Source: a virus
DNA length: 45,402 bases
Virus record (IMG/VR): IMGVR_UViG_3300039454_000092
Reading direction: 5' to 3' (one strand)
Part shown: positions 8,514 through 17,619 of the stretch, piece by piece
Numbering within the stretch: position 1 is the stretch's first letter
Layout: the number at the start of each line of letters is the position of its first letter
Made by a program: the position numbers and the translations under genes
Notes under the pieces: model-generated
Seen by the model: the letters and a program-made list of their open reading frames with translations, nothing else
The model's database searches: none
What the model was told of the DNA's origin: nothing

Positions 8514-10852
8514 GGCGTGGTCGGCGCGGATGGTCCGGACTGGCCGGGCGCCACCATCAGCCCGCGCCTACGCAACTCGGCTTCCGCGCGGTCCCAGGCC
8601 GCCGGTCCATAGCCCCAATACCCGTCTTTGTAGGCCGCCTTGATGCCGGCCGCCGTGGTGAGATCGCGCGTGCCCGCCGCGGCTGGCGCGGGCGTGCCGC
8701 CGCCATCGTCCTGGATTGGGTTGTTGGCCGCCTGGAAATCTTCCCACTGTTGCTTTTGCGTGCGCACGTACTGCGATGACAGCTTTTCCAGCGGGCCGTC
8801 CTTGCCAAGGATGTCCTGCGGACTCTTTCCCGCCTGGCGCAAATTCTCGTACAGGGTCAGCCCCGAGACCATGAATTGCGCAAACCGCTGTTCGCCGATC
8901 GGGTCCTTGCCGCCCAACAGCCCGTGTTGCGAAATCCGCGCGTGCGCCGCATCGAAGAACGCGCGTTTCATCTGGCCTTCCGCCTGGCCTTCCGGGGTGC
9001 GCGTGCCCATGATTTCGGTTGTCAGTTCATGGATACCCGCGAGCGTCAGATCACCGTTCGGGCCGCCACGTGCCCAGAGCTGCGCCGGATCGGTGATGCG
9101 CTTGTCCGGATCGGACGCGTGCACAGCCTGATAGGCCGACCAGAACCCCGGACCATACTCGCGTGCCTCACGTCCGCCCGTGACCTGGTTCAGATGATCT
9201 TGCGCCACCCGCCAGAGGTGGTCCTTTTGCTCCCACGTGAGATCGGTATTCGCGGCCAGTTCATTGGGATCAAACTTGGTCGGATCGGTGAGCAGCTGGT
9301 TGACCACCCGGCTTCCCGCCGCCTCTTGCGCGTCGCGCTTCTGCTTCGCGACATCCGCTTCGTACTTGGCTTGCAGCGTGTTGGCTTGCGCGATTTCCTG
9401 CCACACGCCTTCGATCATCGCATGCTGAAGGTCCGGCCGATCCGGGAACCGCTGGCGTGCCTCCGCGCGCGCCGCTTCCATCCGCGCGAACTCGGCGCCG
9501 AACACCTCGGGGTTATGGCTCGATTGCACCGGCGGGGAGGTCGACCCCGCGGGCCCGGGTGCGGTCGTGGTCGCTGCCGCAGGCTGCACCGGTGAGCCAG
9601 CACCGGCCCCGCCCAGCGCGGCGAGGTGTTCATTGAACTTATCGACGTACTGCGCCACGGTGACGCGCCCGTCGGACCGGTTTTCTTTCCATGGCGTGGG
9701 ACTGCCAGGAGGCGCGATGTTGCCCGGCCCGCTGATCATGCCCACCGCGACCCGCTCCGGATCGCCGTGTGCCTTTTGCCAGAGATCCGCGATCACCCGT
9801 TCCTTGACCGCCGCGCGGTCCGCCGGGTTGTCGAAACTCTCGGCGCCGCGTTTGTATAGATTGAACGTGCCGGGAATGATGCCGTCGCGCGCCTGACCAT
9901 CCGGGCCCAGGCCTTCGGTGACGTTGATCGCTTGCGAGATCACCGGAGGTGCGCCCGCGCCTGCGCCTGCGCCTGCGGCGGGCACATAGCCGCCACCGCC
10001 GGCACCGCCCGACATCACGTGATTGATGCCGTCCGCCACCGAGGCGCGATCCGCGCCGGCGCGGTATTTGCCAAGCAGACTGCTTGCCGTGGCCGCGTCA
10101 AACCGGGTGATGTTGTCCTTGACGAATTGCTCAGCCGCCGCCGGATTGGCGTTGCCGATCCCCTCGGCCCGCGAGGTGAACAGCTTTTGCGCCACCTGAA
10201 ATCGCGTGTTCGCGGCTTCCTCGGGGGACGCGCTGTTCAACGTGTTGATTTTGTCGGCAGCGAGCATCGCGTCTTCCAGGTTGTGCTGGAAATGCTCCGG
10301 ATCGTTGTAGTTGGCCGCGACGTCGCGCGCCTTGACCTCAATCGCCGCGTTCTGTGTGTCCAGCCCATAGCGAAAGCTTTGGGTCTGGTAATGCGCGCCG
10401 ACCCGTTCGAGCATGTAGTTTTCCAGCCGGCGCGACGACTCATCAAACGCCAGCTGTTGCATCGGATTGGCGAGGCTTTGCTTGATCGCCTCACGTTGCG
10501 CTTGGATGGCCGAGATCACGCCCTGTCCGCCATCCACCGCGGCCTGGCCATGCAGCCCGAGGTACCCAGGGGTTGATGGGTTGTTCGGATCGCCGAATAG
10601 CTGCTTGGTGCCGAAGTCCTGAAAGCGGTAATACGCCTGATCGCTGCCGATGTTGTTGATGACGCGTTGCCGCTGCAACACCGCGTCCGCGAGCCGGTCG
10701 CTCGCCTGGCCCAAGGTCGCGCCAAGCCGCTCCGTCGCCTGGCCAACCTGTGCCCCGAAATCCGCCGGATTGGCTTGGACGTTGAGATAGTCCGAGGGAA
10801 CCGACGTTGACGGCAGGACCGAGGGAACTGGCGAGTATGGAACTTCCGGCAT
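8510..10852 (-). CDS. Internal virion protein (gp15-position)
   Basis: The 780-aa product is coupled to both neighbours. It has Gly/Ala linkers and lies between the gp14-like and gp16-like genes. Confidence 0.6.
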   Translation of the reverse strand: MPEVPYSPVPSVLPSTSVPSDYLNVQANPADFGAQVGQATERLGATLGQASDRLADAVLQRQRVINNIGSDQAYYRFQDFGTKQLFGDPNNPSTPGYLGLHGQAAVDGGQGVISAIQAQREAIKQSLANPMQQLAFDESSRRLENYMLERVGAHYQTQSFRYGLDTQNAAIEVKARDVAANYNDPEHFQHNLEDAMLAADKINTLNSASPEEAANTRFQVAQKLFTSRAEGIGNANPAAAEQFVKDNITRFDAATASSLLGKYRAGADRASVADGINHVMSGGAGGGGYVPAAGAGAGAGAPPVISQAINVTEGLGPDGQARDGIIPGTFNLYKRGAESFDNPADRAAVKERVIADLWQKAHGDPERVAVGMISGPGNIAPPGSPTPWKENRSDGRVTVAQYVDKFNEHLAALGGAGAGSPVQPAAATTTAPGPAGSTSPPVQSSHNPEVFGAEFARMEAARAEARQRFPDRPDLQHAMIEGVWQEIAQANTLQAKYEADVAKQKRDAQEAAGSRVVNQLLTDPTKFDPNELAANTDLTWEQKDHLWRVAQDHLNQVTGGREAREYGPGFWSAYQAVHASDPDKRITDPAQLWARGGPNGDLTLAGIHELTTEIMGTRTPEGQAEGQMKRAFFDAAHARISQHGLLGGKDPIGEQRFAQFMVSGLTLYENLRQAGKSPQDILGKDGPLEKLSSQYVRTQKQQWEDFQAANNPIQDDGGGTPAPAAAGTRDLTTAAGIKAAYKDGYWGYGPAAWDRAEAELRRRGLMVAPGQSGPSAPTTP

Positions 10853-11505
10853 CAGACCGCACCACCAGGGTTACCACCAGGACCAAACACGTTCGGTGGT
10901 TTGTTCAGCGCGCCGAGCAGCTGATACTGCGCGTATTGACTGCCGATGCTGGACGCGCCGCCGAGCACCGATGACATGCCGCCGATGGTTCCCGCGGTCA
11001 GTGCTTGCGCCGATTGCGCGGTGTCGAGTTGGCTTTGCGCGGTGGAACTCACCGACTGCGCCTGGTAGCCGTAGGCTTGCAGCGCGGCGTTGTTCCGGAT
11101 GGTATCGGCATTCAGCGCACCGATCGTCTTGGTGCCGGACTGCACATCGAGCGCCGAGCCGGAATTGACATCGAGGCCGTTCGCGGCCTGTGCGGCGCGG
11201 ATCGCGCCTACCTGTTGCGCGGTTTTCAGCTGTTCGGCCTGTGCCTGCGTATTGCCGGCCTGCGTCGCGTACTGGGCGTTTTGCTCGGCGATCGTGGCAT
11301 TGTTCGCCGCCACCTGCGCCTGATAGGACGCCGCCGCCGATTGCGCGTGTCCGGCTTCGATCGCGCCATAGGTGCCGACGACCGCCGCGGCCGCCGACGA
11401 AACCATGGACACGATGGCCGCAGTCGAAAGCGTCACGGTGCCCGGATCGAGCGCCACGCAATCCCAGAACGCGTGCGAAGGCCGGCCGCTGGGTCCCCAC
11501 CTCAT
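10852..11505 (-). CDS. Internal virion protein (gp14-position), Gln/Ala-rich with one TM helix
   Basis: The 217-aa product has an ATGA overlap with the upstream gene. The hydrophobic segment is LSTAAIVSMVSSAAAAVVGTYGAI. It is followed by an AQ-rich repeat-like sequence typical of podovirus core proteins. Confidence 0.6.
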   Translation of the reverse strand: MRWGPSGRPSHAFWDCVALDPGTVTLSTAAIVSMVSSAAAAVVGTYGAIEAGHAQSAAASYQAQVAANNATIAEQNAQYATQAGNTQAQAEQLKTAQQVGAIRAAQAANGLDVNSGSALDVQSGTKTIGALNADTIRNNAALQAYGYQAQSVSSTAQSQLDTAQSAQALTAGTIGGMSSVLGGASSIGSQYAQYQLLGALNKPPNVFGPGGNPGGAV

Positions 11506-11978
11506 GATGCGATCCCCCCGATTTCAACCGGCCGAACAACGACACTGCCGATCCGCGTTTCATCGCCGATCGAGAACCCGAGCCAGCCCAGCCAGCGCAG
11601 CGATTTTGGATAGCGCGCGTCCACGAAATTCCGCAGCACGGGATACATTGCGCGCGCCCGCGCAAGCCCCGCCCGCGACTCGCGGAGGAACCGCTTCTTG
11701 TGCCGTTCCAGGCCGGGTTGAGACACCATCCAGATCAGCCCCTCATCGGACAGCACGCCACCGATCGGGATCACGCCGCCGATGCAGAGCGGCGCGCCGT
11801 CCTCCCGGCCGCACCACGTCATGACGGACCGCGCGATGCCGTCGCGGATCACCGCCGCCGGATCGCCTTCGCCGAGTTCCGCAAACACCGCGAGATCCTT
11901 GGGCGCCATCAGCGCCACCAGCATCGCGGCGTGTTCCGGCCTGGCCGGAACCACATCGACGACGTTACGAGTCGCCAA
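11502..11978 (-). CDS. Internal virion protein A-like / possible GNAT-fold protein (gp13-position)
   Basis: The 158-aa product has a C-terminal motif ARYPKSLRWLGWLGFSIGDE that is reminiscent of small acetyltransferase-like phage proteins. The call is made mainly from position. Confidence 0.45.
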   Translation of the reverse strand: MATRNVVDVVPARPEHAAMLVALMAPKDLAVFAELGEGDPAAVIRDGIARSVMTWCGREDGAPLCIGGVIPIGGVLSDEGLIWMVSQPGLERHKKRFLRESRAGLARARAMYPVLRNFVDARYPKSLRWLGWLGFSIGDETRIGSVVVRPVEIGGIAS

Positions 11979-14427
11979 CGGTGATCTCCGGTATCACGCC
12001 CAGGATCGTTGCGGGGACGGGATCATCCACCTGTAACCAGAGTTGCCCGCCCGTATCAAACTTTGGATCGAGCACGATACGCTCATCCCCGGTGACCAGC
12101 GGCAGCGGTCCGCCCAGCGCGATCGTACTATTCCATTCCTTAACCGGAACTACCGTTTGCGCGGTGCGACCGGCCTTCAACCCGCGCGTGTCGCGCACCC
12201 TGACGGTCACCGCGTTGATCTTCTTCCGCTTGCCCTGAACGGTGCCTTGCGGCCCATCGCCCGCGTCCAGATAGAGCGTTTGCAACTGGCATTGGAACGG
12301 CAGTCCGACCACCACCGACGACGCGGCAAACTGCAACGTCACCGCCCCACCGCTCACCACTTGCTGCGCCATGACGTTGCCGTCCGCGAGGATGCTCACC
12401 GTCTTGCCGTTGAGGTAGGACAGCCCCGAGACCGTGGTTACCGGCGTGGTCATCGTCCACGCACCTTGCGCGGCCGGTAGCGGCGTGGCTGAAGGATCGT
12501 TCGGCAGCGTCGGGAACGCCGCGGTGATAGTGGCCACCACGTGTTGCGTGTTCGTATAGCTGGTGATCGTCGCCTTGCCGGCGAACGCGCGGATGACCGC
12601 GCCCACATTGCCGCTACTGAACACCGCCTGATCGGCATAGAACGTGACGCTTGACCCGACCGTCCCCGCGCCGGTGCCGGGGAACAGATTGGCCGCGGGT
12701 TGCGGTTGCGACAGCGAAAGCCCGCAATCGACGCACCAGGCATTTTCGATGTTGGCGGGCACGCCCAGCGCCGGGTTGCCTTCGATCAGGAAGCGATCCG
12801 CCAGCCGTTCCACGGTGTACGTCCAGGCCCCGTTCAGGTAGCGCTTGACCAGGAAATAGGTCGCGTACACCACCGCAGTGGACACGGTGCCGCCGGAGGT
12901 TGTCGGCACGGTTTCCTTGACCACGCACGTGGATTGGAACAGCCCGTTCGTATCGTGGCGCGACCACGCGTAAACGTCCTGTTCCTTCAGATACGTGAAG
13001 CCCAGAAGGATGCCATCGTCGCGCACGCACCAAACCACCTTGTATGGCTCTTCCGCGTAGGACCATTCGCGGATGGTGCGCCCGCTGAACAGGTGGTTAC
13101 TGAGCACCGTCATATCGGTGCCGGTGTAAATGTTGACATAGAAGTTGTACGACAGATCGCGGATGTAGCCGTACGGATTGGCATACAGCACATCGAAGTT
13201 TGCCGTGATCGGTGGCAGATCGGACGCGCCGTTGAACGCTTGCGGTTGCGCCGTGATCGTGGATGGCGTGACCGCCGCGGGCACGCCGCCGAAGCCTGGC
13301 GAGCCGCCGGATATCAGCCAAGCGCCGTTCGAGGAAAATGCGATCAGCCCCGACGGCATCGGGGTAAAGGATTTGATCGCGTTCACCTGGGTTGACGCGA
13401 GGGTATCGGTGATCGCGTCGGATGGTTGCGTGGGATAGGCCGCGTCCATATTGGTGAACGCGCCGACCTTGGTTGCCCAGAAGGTTTCAGGGTCCGCGGC
13501 TGAACCACCGAACCACTGGCGTTGGCCATAGTACGTGGTGCAGCCTGGATAGTTCGAGCTGGCGAATGGGTTGTAATGCGTCGGCGGGGCGCTGGAAAAA
13601 TCCGGTTGCCCGTTGCGATCCACATAGGTGGTGCCGGTGCACGAGCCGATGAGGCCGAAGATGGAGTCAGCCGGCGCCCCTGCGTTCGGGGTTTCTTGCT
13701 GGCGATAGACGTTATAGCTGGTGGGCGTGGTGCCGGATGGTGCGGTCCATGTCACCGTCATGTAGGCGTTGCCATCGGTGGACATGATGCGCGAGCCGGT
13801 CGCGTTCGAGAAGCTGGCGGACGGAACGCTTTCTTCGCCGCTCGCACTGACCGCGGTCACGACATAGGTGTAGCTTGACGCGGTGGCATCACCCGAGGCC
13901 GCCGACTCCGACCCGTGCGTTGGCGATGCCGAGCCGCTGGTCGGCGGTTGTTGCACCGCAGCATAGGTTACCGTGGTAAGGGTCCAGCTGGTATCGCTGG
14001 TGCGCTTCAATTGCTGCGGTGCGTAGGATGGATGCGTCAGGGTAAGCGTGTCGGCGCTCTGTGTGAATTTCAGCAGCGGCAGATCGGCGAGCGCATACGG
14101 GCTGGAAATCGTGTAGGGCGAGCCGCCCGAGAGCACCTGGGCGCCCTGCTTGTAAACCGCGATGTAGCCGCTGCCGAATTCGAGCACGTAGGATTGCAAC
14201 GTCGAGAACTGGAACGGGATGAGCCGCGGTGGTGCGCTGGTTCCCGATGTGGCGCTGGTGGCGATGTAGCGCGTTCCGGGTCGGGTTGCCGCGCCGCCGC
14301 GGTAATCCACGAAGGTGTTGCGCATCGCCGCGGCGCCGACCTTGTATTTCGCGAGATCGACGCGCGCGAACACCGAAGGCGAGATTTCGCCCGCGGCAAA
14401 GGACGGCTGGATCAGGTTGACGGACAT
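11965..14427 (-). CDS. Tail tubular protein B (gp12-like nozzle)
   Basis: The product is 820 aa. Its N-terminus, MSVNLIQPSFAAGEISPSVFARVDLAKYKVGAAAMRNTFVDYRGGAATRPGTRYI, fits the conserved start of podovirus tail tubular B proteins. Confidence 0.7.
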   Translation of the reverse strand: MSVNLIQPSFAAGEISPSVFARVDLAKYKVGAAAMRNTFVDYRGGAATRPGTRYIATSATSGTSAPPRLIPFQFSTLQSYVLEFGSGYIAVYKQGAQVLSGGSPYTISSPYALADLPLLKFTQSADTLTLTHPSYAPQQLKRTSDTSWTLTTVTYAAVQQPPTSGSASPTHGSESAASGDATASSYTYVVTAVSASGEESVPSASFSNATGSRIMSTDGNAYMTVTWTAPSGTTPTSYNVYRQQETPNAGAPADSIFGLIGSCTGTTYVDRNGQPDFSSAPPTHYNPFASSNYPGCTTYYGQRQWFGGSAADPETFWATKVGAFTNMDAAYPTQPSDAITDTLASTQVNAIKSFTPMPSGLIAFSSNGAWLISGGSPGFGGVPAAVTPSTITAQPQAFNGASDLPPITANFDVLYANPYGYIRDLSYNFYVNIYTGTDMTVLSNHLFSGRTIREWSYAEEPYKVVWCVRDDGILLGFTYLKEQDVYAWSRHDTNGLFQSTCVVKETVPTTSGGTVSTAVVYATYFLVKRYLNGAWTYTVERLADRFLIEGNPALGVPANIENAWCVDCGLSLSQPQPAANLFPGTGAGTVGSSVTFYADQAVFSSGNVGAVIRAFAGKATITSYTNTQHVVATITAAFPTLPNDPSATPLPAAQGAWTMTTPVTTVSGLSYLNGKTVSILADGNVMAQQVVSGGAVTLQFAASSVVVGLPFQCQLQTLYLDAGDGPQGTVQGKRKKINAVTVRVRDTRGLKAGRTAQTVVPVKEWNSTIALGGPLPLVTGDERIVLDPKFDTGGQLWLQVDDPVPATILGVIPEITVGDS

Positions 14428-14502
14428 TCACGATTCCTGGATGCGCGGTCACGGTCGCGCCAAGTGCGGCGAACGAGACGCGGGATTTGCTAACCTTCGC
14501 GC

Positions 14503-14712
14503 ATGAGCACCACATTATCGCTTCCGAGTACGGAGCAGGAGCAGCGCGCGAAGTGGGACCTTCTGTTGCTCGACTTGGAATTGCGCTCCGAACAGCTCAG
14601 GCAACTGAAGCGCTATGAACCGCTGCGCCTGATGATATCCGCGATCACCGCTGCGGCTGCCCTGCTTGGTGCTGGCGCCGCACTTGGCGCGCTGGCCGCG
14701 CGGTTCCTGTAG
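14503..14712 (+). CDS. Opposite-strand tail-anchored small membrane protein (paralogue of 27196-27384)
   Basis: The 69-aa product has a charged coiled-coil-like N-terminus (EQEQRAKWDLLLLDLELRSEQLRQLKRYE). Its C-terminal TM segment is ISAITAAAALLGAGAALGALAARFL. Third-position GC is lower than in neighbouring genes. There is no SD sequence, so it may be leaderless. Confidence 0.6.
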   Translation: MSTTLSLPSTEQEQRAKWDLLLLDLELRSEQLRQLKRYEPLRLMISAITAAAALLGAGAALGALAARFL

Positions 14713-14727
14713 CCGACTCTGCGTAAC

Positions 14728-15252
14728 CTACGCCGCTTCGAGCACGCTCGCGCCGGTCCGCGCCAACGCATGCTGGCCGATGACGCCAGAGCCAGGGAAC
14801 AGATCGTCGAATTGATCGCCCTCCTGGACGTTCAGGAGATCCAATATCCAGACCGCGAACGCGTCCGGCTTGGCGCCCTTGAACCCCTCACCACGCTTCA
14901 TCCGCACGTTGCACGAGAGCCAATCCCGGATGGTCGGTTGCTCGTATGTGCGCTTGCGACCGCCGCGTAGGATCACCGGTTCCCAGGCGTAGGCCACACG
15001 CACGCCCGGCTTGAAGAACGCGAACGGCTTGACCCAGGAGCACACCCGGCAACCGTCAGGCAGCATCGGCAGCAGGGTTTGCAGGCTTGGCACCGATGCC
15101 GACATGGCCCAGCCGTCGGGGTATTCGACGGTGAGCCGTTCGATCAGCCCTCGGTGGGTTTCCGGGTCATCCCAGATCATCGCGTCGGGATGATGTTGCG
15201 CGTAGAAGCGAGCGCAGCCCAAATAGGGCGGGTCCGCGTATGCGAATTTCAA
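14728..15252 (-). CDS. DNA methyltransferase (N6-adenine or N4-cytosine, beta-class motif order)
   Basis: FAYADPPY (motif IV, DPPY) lies near the N-terminus and FDDLFPGSG (motif I, FxGxG) near the C-terminus. The likely start is TTG 15252, with GGAG 8 nt upstream, just after the upstream stop at 15267. The longest ORF extends to 15363. Confidence 0.8.
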   Translation of the reverse strand: MKFAYADPPYLGCARFYAQHHPDAMIWDDPETHRGLIERLTVEYPDGWAMSASVPSLQTLLPMLPDGCRVCSWVKPFAFFKPGVRVAYAWEPVILRGGRKRTYEQPTIRDWLSCNVRMKRGEGFKGAKPDAFAVWILDLLNVQEGDQFDDLFPGSGVIGQHALARTGASVLEAA

Positions 15253-15266
15253 CGTCAAAGCTCCAA

Positions 15267-16064
15267 TCAGAAAGCTGAAAACAGCGGCCCATAGGGGAAC
15301 AGAAATCCGCCGCCCCATTCCACGGTGCCGAACCACCGCGCGCCATGGCCTACCGTGATCCAATCAGGGGTGTGGTCCATGATCGTCAGCCCCTCATTGC
15401 CATCACCCACCCGCGCAATGATAATCTTGTCGTTGGCAATCTTGATGAGATCGTTTGCCCGCGCCCTGTCCCCGGTAAGCGCATAGCAAAGCTTGGCCGC
15501 CAACGCCGCGACCATCGCTTCCTGAAACAGCGGGTCCCACAGCGACTCAATGGTGATATCGCGCGTGTAGGTCAGCAGCGCTTGATCGGTGTTCGCGAGG
15601 ATCACCGTGATCTGCGAATTGTTCCCGTCGAGGTCGGTCCCGATCTGGAACCGCTGCCCCGGTGCGGCCCACCAGCTTTGCGAACCCGCCAGCTGGCCCG
15701 GGAACATCGGCACCGAACCCAAGGTAGCCAGGCTGTAATTCTGCACCAGCTTGCGCGCTTGCAGGCAATCGCTGGGGTACGCGTATTCGTAGAGCCAGCC
15801 TGGTGGCGGGTAGGCTTTGCTCCAAACTCCGGACGATGGAAAGTTCGGGGTTTCGGTGGTGCCCGGTGCCGACTTCAAGAGCGAGAGTTGCGCGGTCGCT
15901 TCTGCGAAGCCCCAATGCGCCGAGCGCACCAAGTGCTGGCGTATCGGGATGTAGTGCAGGCTGACGCTGTTCGACTCGTTGGACCCTTCGGTGAGGCTGG
16001 AAATGGTCGACCGCGTGCCGGCTTCCGACAGCGCGCGGTTTGCAATGGATACCTGATCGGTCAC
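15267..16064 (-). CDS. Tail tubular protein A (gp11-like adaptor)
   Basis: The 265-aa product has a GTG start in a GTGA overlap. Its N-terminus, VSIANRALSEAGTRSTISSLTEGSNESNSVSLHYIPIRQHLVRSAHWGFA, fits the conserved gp11-like opening (I.N.AL..lG...I.sl....s). Confidence 0.65.
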   Translation of the reverse strand: MTDQVSIANRALSEAGTRSTISSLTEGSNESNSVSLHYIPIRQHLVRSAHWGFAEATAQLSLLKSAPGTTETPNFPSSGVWSKAYPPPGWLYEYAYPSDCLQARKLVQNYSLATLGSVPMFPGQLAGSQSWWAAPGQRFQIGTDLDGNNSQITVILANTDQALLTYTRDITIESLWDPLFQEAMVAALAAKLCYALTGDRARANDLIKIANDKIIIARVGDGNEGLTIMDHTPDWITVGHGARWFGTVEWGGGFLFPYGPLFSAF

Positions 16065-16315
16065 TGCCCGAGACCCCAGCCCGCCGGCGCCATGCCGTTG
16101 GCGATGATGAGCACGCGATTAGGATCGCACTCTGTGATGGTCGCCTGAAACGGCGTGCCGGTATGCGTGCCGTCATCGGCGACGTTGACGGTATAGCTGC
16201 ACCCGGATTGCACCCACGTGCGCCCATACTGATCGGTGACGTCGGCGAGCGCCGGCTTGGCCGCGAGCATGTGCGACAGCAAGGACGTGGCGATGACCAA
16301 GGTTCTGGGTCGCAT
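16061..16315 (-). CDS. Small secreted protein (Sec signal peptide, 2 Cys)
   Basis: The 84-aa product begins MRPRTLVIATSLLSHMLAAKPALA|DV, which has n-, h- and c-regions with an AxA site. It is coupled to both neighbours by 1-4 nt overlaps. Confidence 0.65.
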   Translation of the reverse strand: MRPRTLVIATSLLSHMLAAKPALADVTDQYGRTWVQSGCSYTVNVADDGTHTGTPFQATITECDPNRVLIIANGMAPAGWGLGQ

Positions 16316-17610
16316 CAGAGATTGACCTTCAGAGCGCCGCCAGTGCCACCGATACCGCCCGTGGTTCCGGAGGGTGCCGTCGGCGCGCTGCCTGCGACGG
16401 TGTTGAAGCCGCTGGACGTCAGGGTGCCCGTCGAGAAGACGTGGATTTGGTAGGACCCGGAATAGCCGCCGGTGCCCGCCAGGCCGCCGTTGCCGGTGCC
16501 CAGGCCGTTGCCACCATTGGCCCCCGCGCCGCCGGAGACGTCCACGGCGTTGGTTGCCGTGCTGCCGAGCAGCTGGCCCAGGAACAGGTAGACCACGCCG
16601 CCACCGGCGCCCCCAGCCCCGCCACCGCCCGCGGCGTTGCCCGCGCTGGCGCTGGCCCCGGGCCCCGAGGCGCCAGGCCGTGCGGAGATCGCGCTGGCCG
16701 CCGTCGAGGGGCCGCGGTTCAGCGCTCCGCAGGCGAGATCGAGGTGCCCGCCAGGTTCGCCGCTGGCCCCGCCACCGCCGCCGGCATTGGTGCCATCGCC
16801 AGCCCCACCGCCGCCGCCGCCGGCATACATGCCGGGATAGATGACGTTTAGGCCGGTGTTGCGCGTGTAGTAGACCAGTGCTGCGTCCGGACTTGGCAGA
16901 TAGAGCGGGCTCACCGCGTTGCTGTTGGTTTGCGCCGTGGCGCCCGTCCCGCCCGCATTGGCGCCCGCTGCACCACCAGCGCCGCCGACCCCTCCCGAAC
17001 CGCCGTTGCCCGGCTCGGTCTGCCCGCCGGAGTTGCCCGCGTTCGAGCCGGCCGAGGTGCTGCCGTTGCCGCCTGCCCCGGGTGTTGACCCGTTCAGGAA
17101 TCGCGGTGGCAGCGTGTAATTGCTGCCGTCATTGTTCGTCGCGCCACCGGTAGAGCCGGACGCCGATGAGAACACGCCAGCGCCGTCGGCATTGATCGCC
17201 GAGGCGCCCGCTTGCGTGATGTCGCACGTGCCGAGAACGAATACCGGGAAGTTGGCCACCGCCAGCTTGCCGGTCCCCGAGAGCGTCAACGACTGATAGA
17301 ACATCGGTCGCGTCAGCGTGGTTGTACCGCTGGCGATCGTGACCGCGCCGTCGGCACCGCTGCCGAAATAGCCGGTTGCCACCGATCCTTGCGGCAGCCA
17401 GCCGGCACCGGTGTAGGTTTCGCAGTAGCCGGTTGTGAGATTGTAGCCGAGGGTGCCGAAGGGTGGCGCCGTTGGCCGTGCGGTGACAGTCCAGTTCGGG
17501 ACCGAGGCGCCGCTGCATGTTGGGGTTTGCGCCCAGGCTCCGCCGCTCAGCAGCAGGAGCACGAGCGAGGCCGGCGCCAGCGTCCGCCAGCGGTTCATTT
17601 GCACGGTCAT
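16315..17610 (-). CDS. Secreted glycine-rich fibre-like protein (paralogue 1)
   Basis: The product is 431 aa with the signal peptide LAPASLVLLLLSGGAWA|QT. It carries the shared module CSGASVPNWTVTARPTAPPFGTLGYNLTTGYCETY. Long GGxGG arrays follow, for example GNGGSGGVGGAGGAAGANAGGTG and GGGGGGAGDGTNAGGGGGASG. Confidence 0.7.
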   Translation of the reverse strand: MTVQMNRWRTLAPASLVLLLLSGGAWAQTPTCSGASVPNWTVTARPTAPPFGTLGYNLTTGYCETYTGAGWLPQGSVATGYFGSGADGAVTIASGTTTLTRPMFYQSLTLSGTGKLAVANFPVFVLGTCDITQAGASAINADGAGVFSSASGSTGGATNNDGSNYTLPPRFLNGSTPGAGGNGSTSAGSNAGNSGGQTEPGNGGSGGVGGAGGAAGANAGGTGATAQTNSNAVSPLYLPSPDAALVYYTRNTGLNVIYPGMYAGGGGGGAGDGTNAGGGGGASGEPGGHLDLACGALNRGPSTAASAISARPGASGPGASASAGNAAGGGGAGGAGGGVVYLFLGQLLGSTATNAVDVSGGAGANGGNGLGTGNGGLAGTGGYSGSYQIHVFSTGTLTSSGFNTVAGSAPTAPSGTTGGIGGTGGALKVNL

Positions 17611-17619
17611 CGGTCGCGA

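Noticed and set aside
8900-9900. A possible lytic transglycosylase motif in the 780-aa internal virion protein (INVTEGLGPDGQARDGIIPGTF)
   Set aside because: The resemblance to the SLT E-S...GLMQ signature is too loose to call by eye. I left the gene as a generic internal virion protein.
10871-11665. A 264-aa minus-strand ORF overlapping the gp14-like and gp13-like genes in another frame
   Set aside because: It is Arg/Gly-rich and overlaps two coupled genes that have better composition and ATGA junctions.
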